Source of the DNA: Oscillospiraceae bacterium
GTDB lineage: Bacteria > Bacillota > Clostridia > Oscillospirales > Oscillospiraceae
NCBI GenBank assembly: GCA_020866945.1
Contig: JAJBVW010000084.1
Location: 1-34,987 of the forward strand
Length of the DNA stretch: 34,987 nt
Reading direction: 5' to 3'
Numbering within the stretch: the first letter of the stretch is position 1; every line of letters begins with the position of its first letter. The translations under genes and the position numbers were made by a program. Shown here one piece after another: positions 25,168-33,156 of the stretch. The notes beneath the pieces were generated by a model. That model was not told where the DNA came from. It worked only from the letters and a program-made list of their open reading frames with translations, and made no database searches.

Positions 25168-27069
25168 TTATTTCCCGTTTTGTCCGTCCTTTGCCTTTTT
25201 TTGATTTTCCACCATGCGGCCGATGAGATAATCTGCCGCATATTTTCCGCTCTCGCCGAAGTGATATAGCTTCTCCCGCCGGACAGCCTCCAGCGTTTCC
25301 GCGTAGGCAGCCCGGTTTTCAATCATATCCAGCGCCGCAGCCGCCGCCTTTTCCCGCACTTCATCCAGCTCCAGCGCCGCGCCCATCACTGCCCGGAGCT
25401 TCGCGTCCGGGGCACAGCGGGCAATGTCCTCGTCCATCCAGGCCTCATTGACCCGCTTCATGGGAGTATTAATGTAAAGCACCGGCTTTTTGGTCGCCAG
25501 AGCGTATTCACAGCCAATGTTTGACCAGTCGGTCACCAGAATATCCGAGGAGAACACTGTCTCGTTGGAGCTGAAATTGAGCTGGAAACGGAAGCGTTCC
25601 TTGTCGTACCCCTCACAGTCGTGAATGAGCTTTTCAAGCCGCTGGGGGAAGCGGCGGATATACTGCGGATGGGGCCGGACGGTCACGTCAAAGCCCGCCG
25701 CCAGCAGCGGCTCCGCCAAATCCGCAAGGCAGCTGTCCAGGATATTATCCGCCTGCCAGGAGGGGGCGATAAGCACCGTTTTCACAGGATTTTCATGCTT
25801 TTCCATACGGTCATATTCCGCCGCCATGTTATCAATGACGCCATAGCCGCAGGGTATCATTTTCTGGTTCGGCAGGCCCATTTTTTCGTTCCAGCCGCGC
25901 ATCTCCACCTCGAAGCCAGGAGTGGGCGTCAGCAGGGTATCAAAATGGTCAAGCGCTCCCTTCCGCAGCGTCACCAGGCCGGAGAATATGCCGTGGAACA
26001 TATAAACGTATTCCACGTCCTTGCGCACATAGCTGCGCTTAAAGTGGTAGGTGTCCAGATCCGGCATGGTCATTACCACGATGTCCGCGTCCATCTTCAT
26101 AAACAGGGTAATCATCCGCCGCTCGCCAATATAATAGGGCTGAATGCGCGGTTCCTTTTCCGCAAGGGCGAAGATCTGGTCGTCCGGGTCGCTGGTGACG
26201 TAGTTTATCACCACGTTTGTCTGGGCCAGCAGCTCCTCGATGGTATTCTGAAAATACTTATAAAATCCGCTGGCCTCGGAATAGAACACCAGCCGCTTGT
26301 TGGCCACATGGAAAAAGTGCTTGTAATCTGCTTTTTCCCGCTTTTTCAGCTCCTTGGTCTGTGTCTGGCCGAACTGATCCAGCGCCTCCAGCTCCTTCCG
26401 GCTGGCCTCCAGCGCCTCATAGTCCACATACTTTTTCGGCGGCATGATGGCGTTGCAGGCAAGCTGCACCAGGATGGAAAAGAGATTGCTGTATATCCAG
26501 TACAGCGCCACGCCGGTGGAAACAAACACACCCAGCACCAGCGAAATGCCCACAGACACCCCATTTGAGGAGAGCTGCTCGGCTTTACTCTGCTCCCGCT
26601 GAAGGGGATTGATGTAGTTTTGCGCGAAGCTCAGCACCACTGCCGCAAGTCCAGCGCCTAATGGCATGAGCCACGTCCAGCCCCCATCCGTCATCGGGAT
26701 AAGGCCCAGGGCCGGGGCCGCGCCGGTGTCCGTTACCGAATGGATGACGCCAATCATCCCCAAAAGGATGATGATTTGAATAATCAGCGGGATAGTGCTC
26801 AGCAGGGGCCGGTAATGCTTTTCCTTATACAAAGCCGCCTGCTCGTCGCCTATCTTCTCCCGGTCGCCGTAATACTGCACCTTGATGCGGTTCAGCTCCG
26901 GCATCAGGGCCACCATTTTCAGCCCGTTGCGGTTCGTCCACAGGGAAACGGGCATGAGAATGATTTTAGTGAGCAGTGTAAACAGGGCGATAGCCACCAC
27001 GTAATTCGGCACGATGGCATAGCACAGATCCATCACATAGCCGAATATTTTTGCCAGAAAGTCTATCAT
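25168..27069 (-). CDS. Fusion protein: N-terminal YidC/Oxa1-type membrane insertase domain plus C-terminal CDP-glycerol glycerophosphotransferase (TagB/TagF, Glyphos_transf) domain
   Basis: The first ~215 aa match the YidC core: AIALFTLLTKIILMPVSLW, LMPELNRIKVQYYGDREKIGDEQAALYKEKHYRPL, LIIQIIILLG and ALYWIYSNLFSILVQ. The C-terminal ~380 aa match TagF: VLIAPSWQ, VRPHPQ and ILVTDWSNIGCEYALATKKPVLYI. Confidence 0.8.
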   Translation of the reverse strand: MIDFLAKIFGYVMDLCYAIVPNYVVAIALFTLLTKIILMPVSLWTNRNGLKMVALMPELNRIKVQYYGDREKIGDEQAALYKEKHYRPLLSTIPLIIQIIILLGMIGVIHSVTDTGAAPALGLIPMTDGGWTWLMPLGAGLAAVVLSFAQNYINPLQREQSKAEQLSSNGVSVGISLVLGVFVSTGVALYWIYSNLFSILVQLACNAIMPPKKYVDYEALEASRKELEALDQFGQTQTKELKKREKADYKHFFHVANKRLVFYSEASGFYKYFQNTIEELLAQTNVVINYVTSDPDDQIFALAEKEPRIQPYYIGERRMITLFMKMDADIVVMTMPDLDTYHFKRSYVRKDVEYVYMFHGIFSGLVTLRKGALDHFDTLLTPTPGFEVEMRGWNEKMGLPNQKMIPCGYGVIDNMAAEYDRMEKHENPVKTVLIAPSWQADNILDSCLADLAEPLLAAGFDVTVRPHPQYIRRFPQRLEKLIHDCEGYDKERFRFQLNFSSNETVFSSDILVTDWSNIGCEYALATKKPVLYINTPMKRVNEAWMDEDIARCAPDAKLRAVMGAALELDEVREKAAAAALDMIENRAAYAETLEAVRREKLYHFGESGKYAADYLIGRMVENQKKAKDGQNGK

Positions 27070-27096
27070 TTCTTACTCTCTCAGCCTCCTGCCGTA

Positions 27097-28866
27097 TCAA
27101 TAGAAGGAGTCGTACAGCGGCTCGATAGCGTCGGCCACGCCGTACAGGTACCAGTAGCGTTCTTCCTCATAAATGGTGTCCCGGTCGCCGATATAGTTGA
27201 ACACGCCGAACACGTTATAGCGGTAGGAGCCGTTGGCCTGGGCGTCCCACTGGTTCAGGTTGCCAACCCAGTCCACATCGGGATAGGACTTCATATAGCC
27301 CCAAACGCGGGTCGTCCGCTCCCGGACGTCTCCCTCCTCCCAGTCAAAGACTGTGGTGCCGTAGTCGCTGTAATCCTCACCCAGGGCATAAAGGATAGTG
27401 GGCATAATGTCTTCCTGGGCCACGGGAGCGCTTGTGACCTGCATTTCCTCAAACTCCTGGCCGGGCATCTTGATAAGAAATGCCGCCTGGAAGCACTCAA
27501 AATAGCCATGGTCGGCGGAGATGATGATGGTGGCATCATCATAGATGCCCTGCTCCTTCATCTGCTCCAAGAACTCGCCGACAGCCAGCAGATAACCGTG
27601 GAGCTGGCTCATGCGGTCGGTTTCATCCTCGTCGCACAAATAGCCATCATAATCCACTACATAGGGGAAATGCGCGCCCTGAAGGTGATACCAGCTGAAT
27701 ATCTTGGTGTCATCCGTCAGACTGATGCGCTCCTCCTGAAGCTCGGTATAGAAGTCATAGTTAATGTGCAGCTTTTCCACGCCCTGATATTCCGCCACGT
27801 CCACGATGCCGCCGGTGGAGACATAGAAGTCATTTTTCAGCATGGTGGGCAGATAGCGGTACAGGGACATATACACCACATTTTCCAGCAGCTCCCCCGT
27901 CACCACAAGGTCGCCGGCCACAGCGATATTGTCCACCTTGCCCAGCATATTCTCCGTGTCAATCGCGGCGTAGTTGGACTCAAGATAGAGATTTACCGTA
28001 TAGCCATTGTCGTGGAGCGTGTCATAGAAGTTATTTGCCAGGTCGCTGTGCCAGGCGTTATACACCGTCTCCACAGTGGGAATAGTTGTGTCAAAATACT
28101 CATGGGTCAGCAGATAGCACAGGGACGGGAAGGTGAAAGAGTAGCAGGAGGACATATTATCGTAGTAGATAAAGTCCTGGAAAAACTCCGCCAGCGTGGG
28201 ATCCTCCTCCAGCGCCTCCTCAAAAATCAGGGGGGAGAACTGGTCAAGGGTAATAACGATGATGTTCTCATCCGAGGATAGCACAAACTCATCATCCCCC
28301 GCGAGCTGATAGTTGATGGCGTCCGGATCCTCCGCCTGCCAGGTAGTCACCAGACTGACAGCCTGGGCCAGCACCAGCGCGGCACAGAGAATATAACCCG
28401 CCGTGCGGTATGCGCCATGCAAAAACCATCCGGCTATCACAATGACCACCAGGGCCACAGCCCACACGGCAATGTTTATATACGCGGCTTGGGCATCATC
28501 ATGCCAATCGAAGCCAGAGCCATCCAGTACCGCCAGCTCGCCGTTCAGCAGAACGCCCTGGAGATAGAACAGCACAGCAACGCCCAGCAGAAGGGCATAA
28601 ACAATGCGCTGGGCCTTACCGGGAACAAAGGCCAGCACAGCGGACAGAAGCGCCGTCGCTCCGACCGTTACCCCAGCCAAAGACCAGAACAACGTTCCCG
28701 CCGAAAAAGTCAGATATGCCTGGTTTGAGTTTACAATGTCCAGCGGGCCAAAGAACAACCCGGTAAAGCACAGCAAAAAGGCCGGTGCCAGCAGCCCCAG
28801 AAATCGGTGGAGCCAATTTTTCCAGTAGTCTTTGCCAGACACAGCCTTCGTCTTATGTTCTTCCAT
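27097..28866 (-). CDS. LtaS/sulfatase-superfamily membrane ectoenzyme (phospho-alcohol transferase-like)
   Basis: Five N-terminal TM segments, then an alkaline-phosphatase-fold domain with IIVITLDQFSP (metal/nucleophile region) and IIISADHGY. Start set at MEEHKTK (28866), with AGGAGG upstream. Confidence 0.75.
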   Translation of the reverse strand: MEEHKTKAVSGKDYWKNWLHRFLGLLAPAFLLCFTGLFFGPLDIVNSNQAYLTFSAGTLFWSLAGVTVGATALLSAVLAFVPGKAQRIVYALLLGVAVLFYLQGVLLNGELAVLDGSGFDWHDDAQAAYINIAVWAVALVVIVIAGWFLHGAYRTAGYILCAALVLAQAVSLVTTWQAEDPDAINYQLAGDDEFVLSSDENIIVITLDQFSPLIFEEALEEDPTLAEFFQDFIYYDNMSSCYSFTFPSLCYLLTHEYFDTTIPTVETVYNAWHSDLANNFYDTLHDNGYTVNLYLESNYAAIDTENMLGKVDNIAVAGDLVVTGELLENVVYMSLYRYLPTMLKNDFYVSTGGIVDVAEYQGVEKLHINYDFYTELQEERISLTDDTKIFSWYHLQGAHFPYVVDYDGYLCDEDETDRMSQLHGYLLAVGEFLEQMKEQGIYDDATIIISADHGYFECFQAAFLIKMPGQEFEEMQVTSAPVAQEDIMPTILYALGEDYSDYGTTVFDWEEGDVRERTTRVWGYMKSYPDVDWVGNLNQWDAQANGSYRYNVFGVFNYIGDRDTIYEEERYWYLYGVADAIEPLYDSFY

Positions 28867-29064
28867 GGTTATAAGGGTTCCTCCTAAGATACGGGATTTG
28901 GGGGGTGAAAGTCTTAAGCGTCTTTCACACACAAGCAAAGGTTTACGGACAGCCTGCATATTAACAATTATTTAATAAATAATAACACTTATTTTACAGG
29001 ATTACAACAGGAATCCGCAATCTGTTACAAAAAAAACTGTATATCTACCTTAACAAAGTGCCTA

Positions 29065-29093
29065 TTGACGAACGACGGGGAACAATTTATAAT
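29065..29093 (+). promoter_or_regulatory. Putative sigma-A promoter for the acyltransferase gene
   Basis: TTGACG (29065..29070), 17-nt spacer, TATAAT (29088..29093). Confidence 0.6.
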
Positions 29094-29133
29094 ATTTTAC
29101 AAAACATTCACAAAGACTCGAAGGAGCTGCCTT

Positions 29134-30189
29134 ATGGAAACTTTAGCTTCCCCTGCGCCCGCCGCCACCGCAAAAAAGCGCTGGTACCGGGCCGATAACA
29201 TCCGCTGGATTCTGCTGTTTAACGTCATTGCGGAGCATATGCTGACCCAGACGGATATTACTTACAACTGGCTAATCACCGTAATCGTCTGCTGGTCGCG
29301 CATGATCACCATGCCCGCATTCTGCTTTTTATCCGGGTATTTCTCCAAAAAAGGGGATAAATGCTATCAGAGCGCCATCTTTGACTTCCTCATCCCCTAT
29401 CTTATCTTCAACTCCATTTTTGCCCTGATATTCGGCTCCTCCGCAGCAGACATCTTCACGCCCACCTTTGTGTATTGGTATCTGCTGAGTATGTTCTGCT
29501 GGAAGCTGATGACCAAGGCGCTGCAGCAGATAAAATATATTCTACCTCTATCCATCGCTGTGGCTCTGTTGGTAGGCGGACTGAATGATATAGGCCATTT
29601 CCTGAGCCTGAGCCGCACCATCGGCTTCCTTCCCTTCTATATCGTCGGCATGAAGATGAGCCGCGAGGATGTTGCCAAGGTGGAAAAGCTCCCCAAAATT
29701 CCCGTTCTGCTTATCACTCTGGCCGTCATGGGTGTCTGGGGCTGGCTAAATGTAAAGGGCGTGTATCACATCGACTTCTATTATTACTGGGAGCCTTATG
29801 CCGGTGTGGCCGGCGATCCCCTGAGTATGTTCTCCTATAGCTTTTTGAAGGGCATCATCCTGCGTGCGCTTGGCTATGTCATCTCCGGGCTGCTGATTGT
29901 GTTCCTGTTCTGCTTCGTGCCGGACAGGTCTCTCCCCATCATCCGGGACGGCGGCACCCGCACCATGGTTCCCTATCTGCTGCATACCTATTTCATCATG
30001 AACATGGGGTATCTCTACAGCTTTGTCCCCGCTCTGGATCACTGGTATTTCACCATCCCCATCGCCGTGGTCATGGCTGTGTTCCTCCTCTGGCTCCTTG
30101 GCCTGCCCGCGCTGGATCAGCTGTATAAGGATTTGATGAGCTTCATCAAAAAGCTGCTTTACAAGGAGCCGGACATGCCAAAGGCATAG
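29134..30189 (+). CDS. Acyltransferase family 3 integral membrane O-acyltransferase
   Basis: About 10 TM segments. N-terminal R..DNIRWILLFNVIAEH signature of Acyl_transf_3. GAAGGAG RBS before the ATG at 29134. Confidence 0.75.
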   Translation: METLASPAPAATAKKRWYRADNIRWILLFNVIAEHMLTQTDITYNWLITVIVCWSRMITMPAFCFLSGYFSKKGDKCYQSAIFDFLIPYLIFNSIFALIFGSSAADIFTPTFVYWYLLSMFCWKLMTKALQQIKYILPLSIAVALLVGGLNDIGHFLSLSRTIGFLPFYIVGMKMSREDVAKVEKLPKIPVLLITLAVMGVWGWLNVKGVYHIDFYYYWEPYAGVAGDPLSMFSYSFLKGIILRALGYVISGLLIVFLFCFVPDRSLPIIRDGGTRTMVPYLLHTYFIMNMGYLYSFVPALDHWYFTIPIAVVMAVFLLWLLGLPALDQLYKDLMSFIKKLLYKEPDMPKA

Positions 30190-30212
30190 CCCGCAGACCT
30201 CCAAAAAATCAC

Positions 30213-30246
30213 GCGCTGGACAGCAATTTGCTCTCCAGCGCTTTTT
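30213..30246 (+). terminator. Intrinsic terminator after the acyltransferase gene
   Basis: 13-bp stem GCGCTGGACAGCA/TGCTCTCCAGCGC with one mismatch, followed by TTTTT. Confidence 0.75.
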
Positions 30247-30287
30247 CATTCTCTGCCGTATTTATATTTCCAGGAGAAAACGCAAGT

Positions 30288-30322
30288 AAAAAGCCTGTGA
30301 TTACTGAAATCACAGGCTTTTT
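30288..30322. terminator. Bidirectional intrinsic terminator (serves tRNA-Ala on the minus strand)
   Basis: AAGCCTGTGATT / loop / AATCACAGGCTT, with an A-run on the 5' side and a T-run on the 3' side. Confidence 0.75.
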
Positions 30323-30325
30323 ACT

Positions 30326-30401
30326 TGGTGGAGACGAAGGGATTCGAACCCTCGACCTCTCGGATGCGAACCGAACGCTCTCCCAGCTGAGCTACGCCCC
30401 C
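30326..30401 (-). tRNA. tRNA-Ala (anticodon CGC)
   Basis: The reverse complement is GGGGGCGTAGCTCAGCTGGGAGAGCGTTCGGTTCGCATCCGAGAGGTCGAGGGTTCGAATCCCTTCGTCTCCACCA, 76 nt. It folds as a cloverleaf with a G3:U70 Ala identity pair, anticodon loop TTCGCAT, a T-loop GGTTCGAATCC and an encoded CCA. Confidence 0.9.
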
Positions 30402-30414
30402 ACGCCGCTATGAC

Positions 30415-30442
30415 ATTATAGCACGAATTTTTATTTTGTAAA
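30415..30442 (-). promoter_or_regulatory. Putative promoter for tRNA-Ala
   Basis: The minus strand reads TTTACA, 16-nt spacer, TGc-TATAAT (extended -10). The -10 ends 13 nt before the mature tRNA 5' end. Confidence 0.5.
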
Positions 30443-30449
30443 GTCCCTC

Positions 30450-30478
30450 TTGATAAAAAAGTTTTCCTGGTTTATAAT
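30450..30478 (+). promoter_or_regulatory. Promoter for SRP RNA
   Basis: TTGATA (30450..30455), 17-nt spacer, TATAAT (30473..30478). Confidence 0.7.
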
Positions 30479-30480
30479 AT

Positions 30481-30760
30481 GCTCTGGAGCTGTACTAGTC
30501 GGGGAGCCAGCGGTGCCCTGTACCCGCAATCCGCTATAGCGGGGACGAACTCCTGCCCCCGGATATTCGATGTGTTGCCTGCCCGCAGCAAGTAGCGTTG
30601 ATGGCTCGGTCTTGCGCAACGGGAACCCGTGAACCATGTCAGGCGGGGAACCGAGCAGCATTAAGCGGGGCCTCCCGTGTGCCGTGAGGTCGCCGGGTCT
30701 GAGCCAACTACTGCGGTAACGGATGTGTCGAGTATACAAAGGCAGGTGTGCAGCTCTTTT
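30481..30760 (+). ncRNA. ffs: Signal recognition particle RNA, long Bacillus-type (scRNA with Alu domain)
   Basis: Long stretches parallel B. subtilis scRNA: GGGGAGCCAGCGGTGCCCTGTACCCGCAATCCGCTATAGCGGGG (Alu domain), GCGCAACGGGAACCCGTGAACCATGTCAGGCGGGGAACCGAGCAGCATTAAGCGG (domain IV) and GTGCCGTGAGG. The 5' GAGCTGTAC pairs with the 3' GTGTGCAGCTC. T-run at 30757..30760. Its position directly upstream of dnaX is the canonical Firmicute synteny. Ends are approximate. Confidence 0.9.
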
Positions 30761-30814
30761 ATTATACCATTATTGGAGTTATATTTCTCTATTTAAGGAT
30801 AAGAGGCTTTTTTC

Positions 30815-32569
30815 ATGTATCAGGCGCTCTATCGAAAATGGCGCCCACGCACCTTTGACGATGTGGTGGGCCAGGATCATATCACGACCACCCTGAAGCG
30901 GCAGGTACAGACGGGCCGCCTGTCCCATGCATATCTCTTTATCGGGACGCGCGGCACCGGAAAGACCACCTGCGCCAAAATCTTGGCCAGGGCTGTGAAC
31001 TGCGAGCACCCCATAGACGGCAATCCCTGCAACCAGTGCGCAGCCTGCCGGGGTATCGAAGAGGGCAGCATTCTGGACGTGGTGGAGCTGGACGCCGCCT
31101 CCAACAACCGCGTGGATGACGTCCGCGCCCTGCAGGACGAGGCCATCTTCTCCCCCGCCAGTGTGAAAAAGCGGGTCTACATCATCGACGAGGTTCATAT
31201 GCTCTCCACGGCGGCCTTCAACGCCCTCCTGAAAATATTGGAGGAACCGCCCGAGCATTTGATGTTCATTCTCTGCACCACAGAGCTGCACAAGGTTCTG
31301 CCCACCATTGTCTCCCGCTGCCAGCGCCACAGCTTCAAGCGCATTGAGCCGGAGGCCATTGCGGGGCGGCTCGCCTACGTGGCGGAGCAGGAGGGGCTGA
31401 CGCTGGAGCCGGAGGCCGGCGCCTTATTGGCACGTCTTGCGGACGGTGGAATGCGGGACGCGCTGAGCCTGCTGGATCAGTGCGCTGCCACGGAGCATAT
31501 TGGTTCCCAGGAGGTTCTTTCCGCCATGGGGCTGGCCGGGAGCCAGCGGACGGCGGAGCTGCTGGATGCTGTATGCGCCGGTTCTTCCGAAAAGGCTCTG
31601 ACAACATTCAATGCACTCTGGAAGGACGGCAAAGACCCCGCCGGTATATTGGACGAACTGGCAGGGCTGATGCGGGACGTGCTGCTGCTTCAGGTAGCCC
31701 CAGAGAGCGGGGATGCCCTGCTCTCTGGCCTGTACGAAAAGAAAACACTGCAATATTTTGCCGCAAAGCTGCCCGGCGCGCGGCTGATGGACGGCATGAA
31801 TGAGATTCGAGCCGCTGACCTTTCCGGCGCAAATCCCCGGCGAACGGCGGAGCTGTGTCTTGTGCGCCTGTGCGTGCCGGAGACCGGGGCCACGCTGGCA
31901 GGACTGAAAACCCGCGTGGCCCGACTGGAGGCCGCCTGGAAGACGGGTATCGCCCCGTCTGCAAGCGCTCCCGTTTCTCCCTTGTCGGAGACGCCGGAGC
32001 CAATAAAGCCCCTCCAAGCGTCCGCACCGGAACCAAAACCAGCGCCCACAATGTCAGCGGAGGATGTCCCCTGGTATACAGACGATGACGCGCCCCCGGA
32101 GGAGCCAGACTTTATGCCTCCTGCGGAGCCAGAGCCGGAGCCGGAGCCAACGTCTGTTCGGGCCGTTGCTCCTTCCCCGCCCCCATCGGAACCGGAACCC
32201 GCGCCCGCGCCGCCTCAGACGGTGCCATCGGAACCGGGCGGCACATTTTGGGACACGCTAATACATTATTTAAACGGCAAGGTCGATATGGGTACTTATG
32301 CCATTCTCTCTCTTCCAACCCAGGTGTCTGGCTCGCTTGCGGGGGATGTGCTGACGGTTTACCTGCTCTCCCCCATTGCAAAAATGATGGTGAATACCCC
32401 CGCAATGTCCGCCGCCATTCAATCGGAGGCCAGCGCCATCGCGGGCAAGCCAGTGCGCGTGAGCTTTTCTGACCAGCCTCCGGCCCCCTCCCCGGTTGCT
32501 CCCTCGGTTCAGCCGGACACGAGCAAGCTGGACGCACTGAAAAAATTCCCCAACTTTCGGATTGAATAA
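30815..32569 (+). CDS. dnaX: DNA polymerase III subunits gamma/tau
   Basis: YRKWRPRTFDDVVGQ, Walker A GTRGTGKTT, Zn module CEHPIDGNPCNQCAACRGI, Walker B IIDEVHMLS, SRCQRHSF. A Pro/Glu/Ala-rich linker precedes the C-terminal domain. Confidence 0.95.
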   Translation: MYQALYRKWRPRTFDDVVGQDHITTTLKRQVQTGRLSHAYLFIGTRGTGKTTCAKILARAVNCEHPIDGNPCNQCAACRGIEEGSILDVVELDAASNNRVDDVRALQDEAIFSPASVKKRVYIIDEVHMLSTAAFNALLKILEEPPEHLMFILCTTELHKVLPTIVSRCQRHSFKRIEPEAIAGRLAYVAEQEGLTLEPEAGALLARLADGGMRDALSLLDQCAATEHIGSQEVLSAMGLAGSQRTAELLDAVCAGSSEKALTTFNALWKDGKDPAGILDELAGLMRDVLLLQVAPESGDALLSGLYEKKTLQYFAAKLPGARLMDGMNEIRAADLSGANPRRTAELCLVRLCVPETGATLAGLKTRVARLEAAWKTGIAPSASAPVSPLSETPEPIKPLQASAPEPKPAPTMSAEDVPWYTDDDAPPEEPDFMPPAEPEPEPEPTSVRAVAPSPPPSEPEPAPAPPQTVPSEPGGTFWDTLIHYLNGKVDMGTYAILSLPTQVSGSLAGDVLTVYLLSPIAKMMVNTPAMSAAIQSEASAIAGKPVRVSFSDQPPAPSPVAPSVQPDTSKLDALKKFPNFRIE

Positions 32570-32596
32570 ACTAAACATAACAGGAGACGACATATT

Positions 32597-32947
32597 ATGG
32601 CTAAAAATTCCTATCGCGGCGGCGCATATGGCGGCATGAACCAGGCCGCTATGATGAAGCAGGCGCAAAAAATGCAGCAGGATTTGATTAAAATGCAGGC
32701 AGAGCTGGAAACGCAAACCTATACCGCCGCGTCCGGCGGCGGCGTGGTGAGGGCCACCGTTTCCGGCAAACGGGAGCTGACCGAAGTGGTCATCGACCCG
32801 GAGGCTGTTGACCCGGAGGACGTGGAAATGCTCCAGGATTTAATCGTGGCCGCAGTAAATGAGGCGCTCCGCAAGGCGGAGGACGCGTCTAACCAGTCCA
32901 TGAGTCGTATAACCGGGAACCTTGGCGGTCTCGGCGGTATGTTTTGA
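32597..32947 (+). CDS. ybaB: YbaB/EbfC-family nucleoid-associated protein
   Basis: 116 aa with MMKQAQKMQQDLIKMQAELE...GGGVVRATVSGKRELTEVVIDPEAVDPEDVEMLQDLIVAAVNEAL. Located immediately after dnaX. Confidence 0.9.
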   Translation: MAKNSYRGGAYGGMNQAAMMKQAQKMQQDLIKMQAELETQTYTAASGGGVVRATVSGKRELTEVVIDPEAVDPEDVEMLQDLIVAAVNEALRKAEDASNQSMSRITGNLGGLGGMF

Positions 32948-32964
32948 GTTTTATCTCCGCAGCC

Positions 32965-33018
32965 GCGGGGCAATGGAAATCAGACAGAGTCGTGGTTTCC
33001 ATTGCCCCGCTGTTTTTT
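32965..33018 (+). terminator. Intrinsic terminator after ybaB
   Basis: 15-bp perfect stem GCGGGGCAATGGAAA...TTTCCATTGCCCCGC, followed by TGTTTTTT. Confidence 0.8.
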
Positions 33019-33156
33019 CAGAAAACTGAACATACAGAGGGTTTTCTAACAAACTGTAAGAATTTGGAAAAATATTGACAAACTATGCTCATCTGTAATA
33101 TAGTAAGTTGTGTGTATTTCATTTCGCGCTTTGGCGCAAATTGGGAGGTTGTTCAA

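Noticed and set aside
25621-28281. Plus-strand ORFs 25621..26568 and 26740..28281 (315 and 513 aa)
   Set aside because: They are antisense shadows of the YidC-TagF and LtaS-like genes. Their composition is His/Gly/Val-rich and nonsensical.
30431-30739. 102-aa minus-strand ORF
   Set aside because: It overlaps the SRP RNA gene, which is identified by extensive similarity to Bacillus scRNA and by domain IV motifs. The region is not protein-coding.
30779-31330. 183-aa minus-strand ORF at the start of dnaX
   Set aside because: It is antisense to the AAA+ motifs of dnaX, so it is a shadow ORF.
32124-32150. Tandem GAGCC(G/A) hexamer repeats that look like a microsatellite
   Set aside because: The repeats are in frame within dnaX and encode the AEPEPEPEPT part of the Pro/Glu-rich tau linker. 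This is coding low complexity, not a CRISPR array or a regulatory repeat.
32535-32550. A-run (CTGAAAAAATTCC) in dnaX as a possible programmed frameshift site for the gamma subunit
   Set aside because: It lies only ~10 codons before the natural stop, far from the domain III/IV boundary where gamma is produced in E. coli. There is no A-AAA-AAG heptamer with a downstream hairpin.
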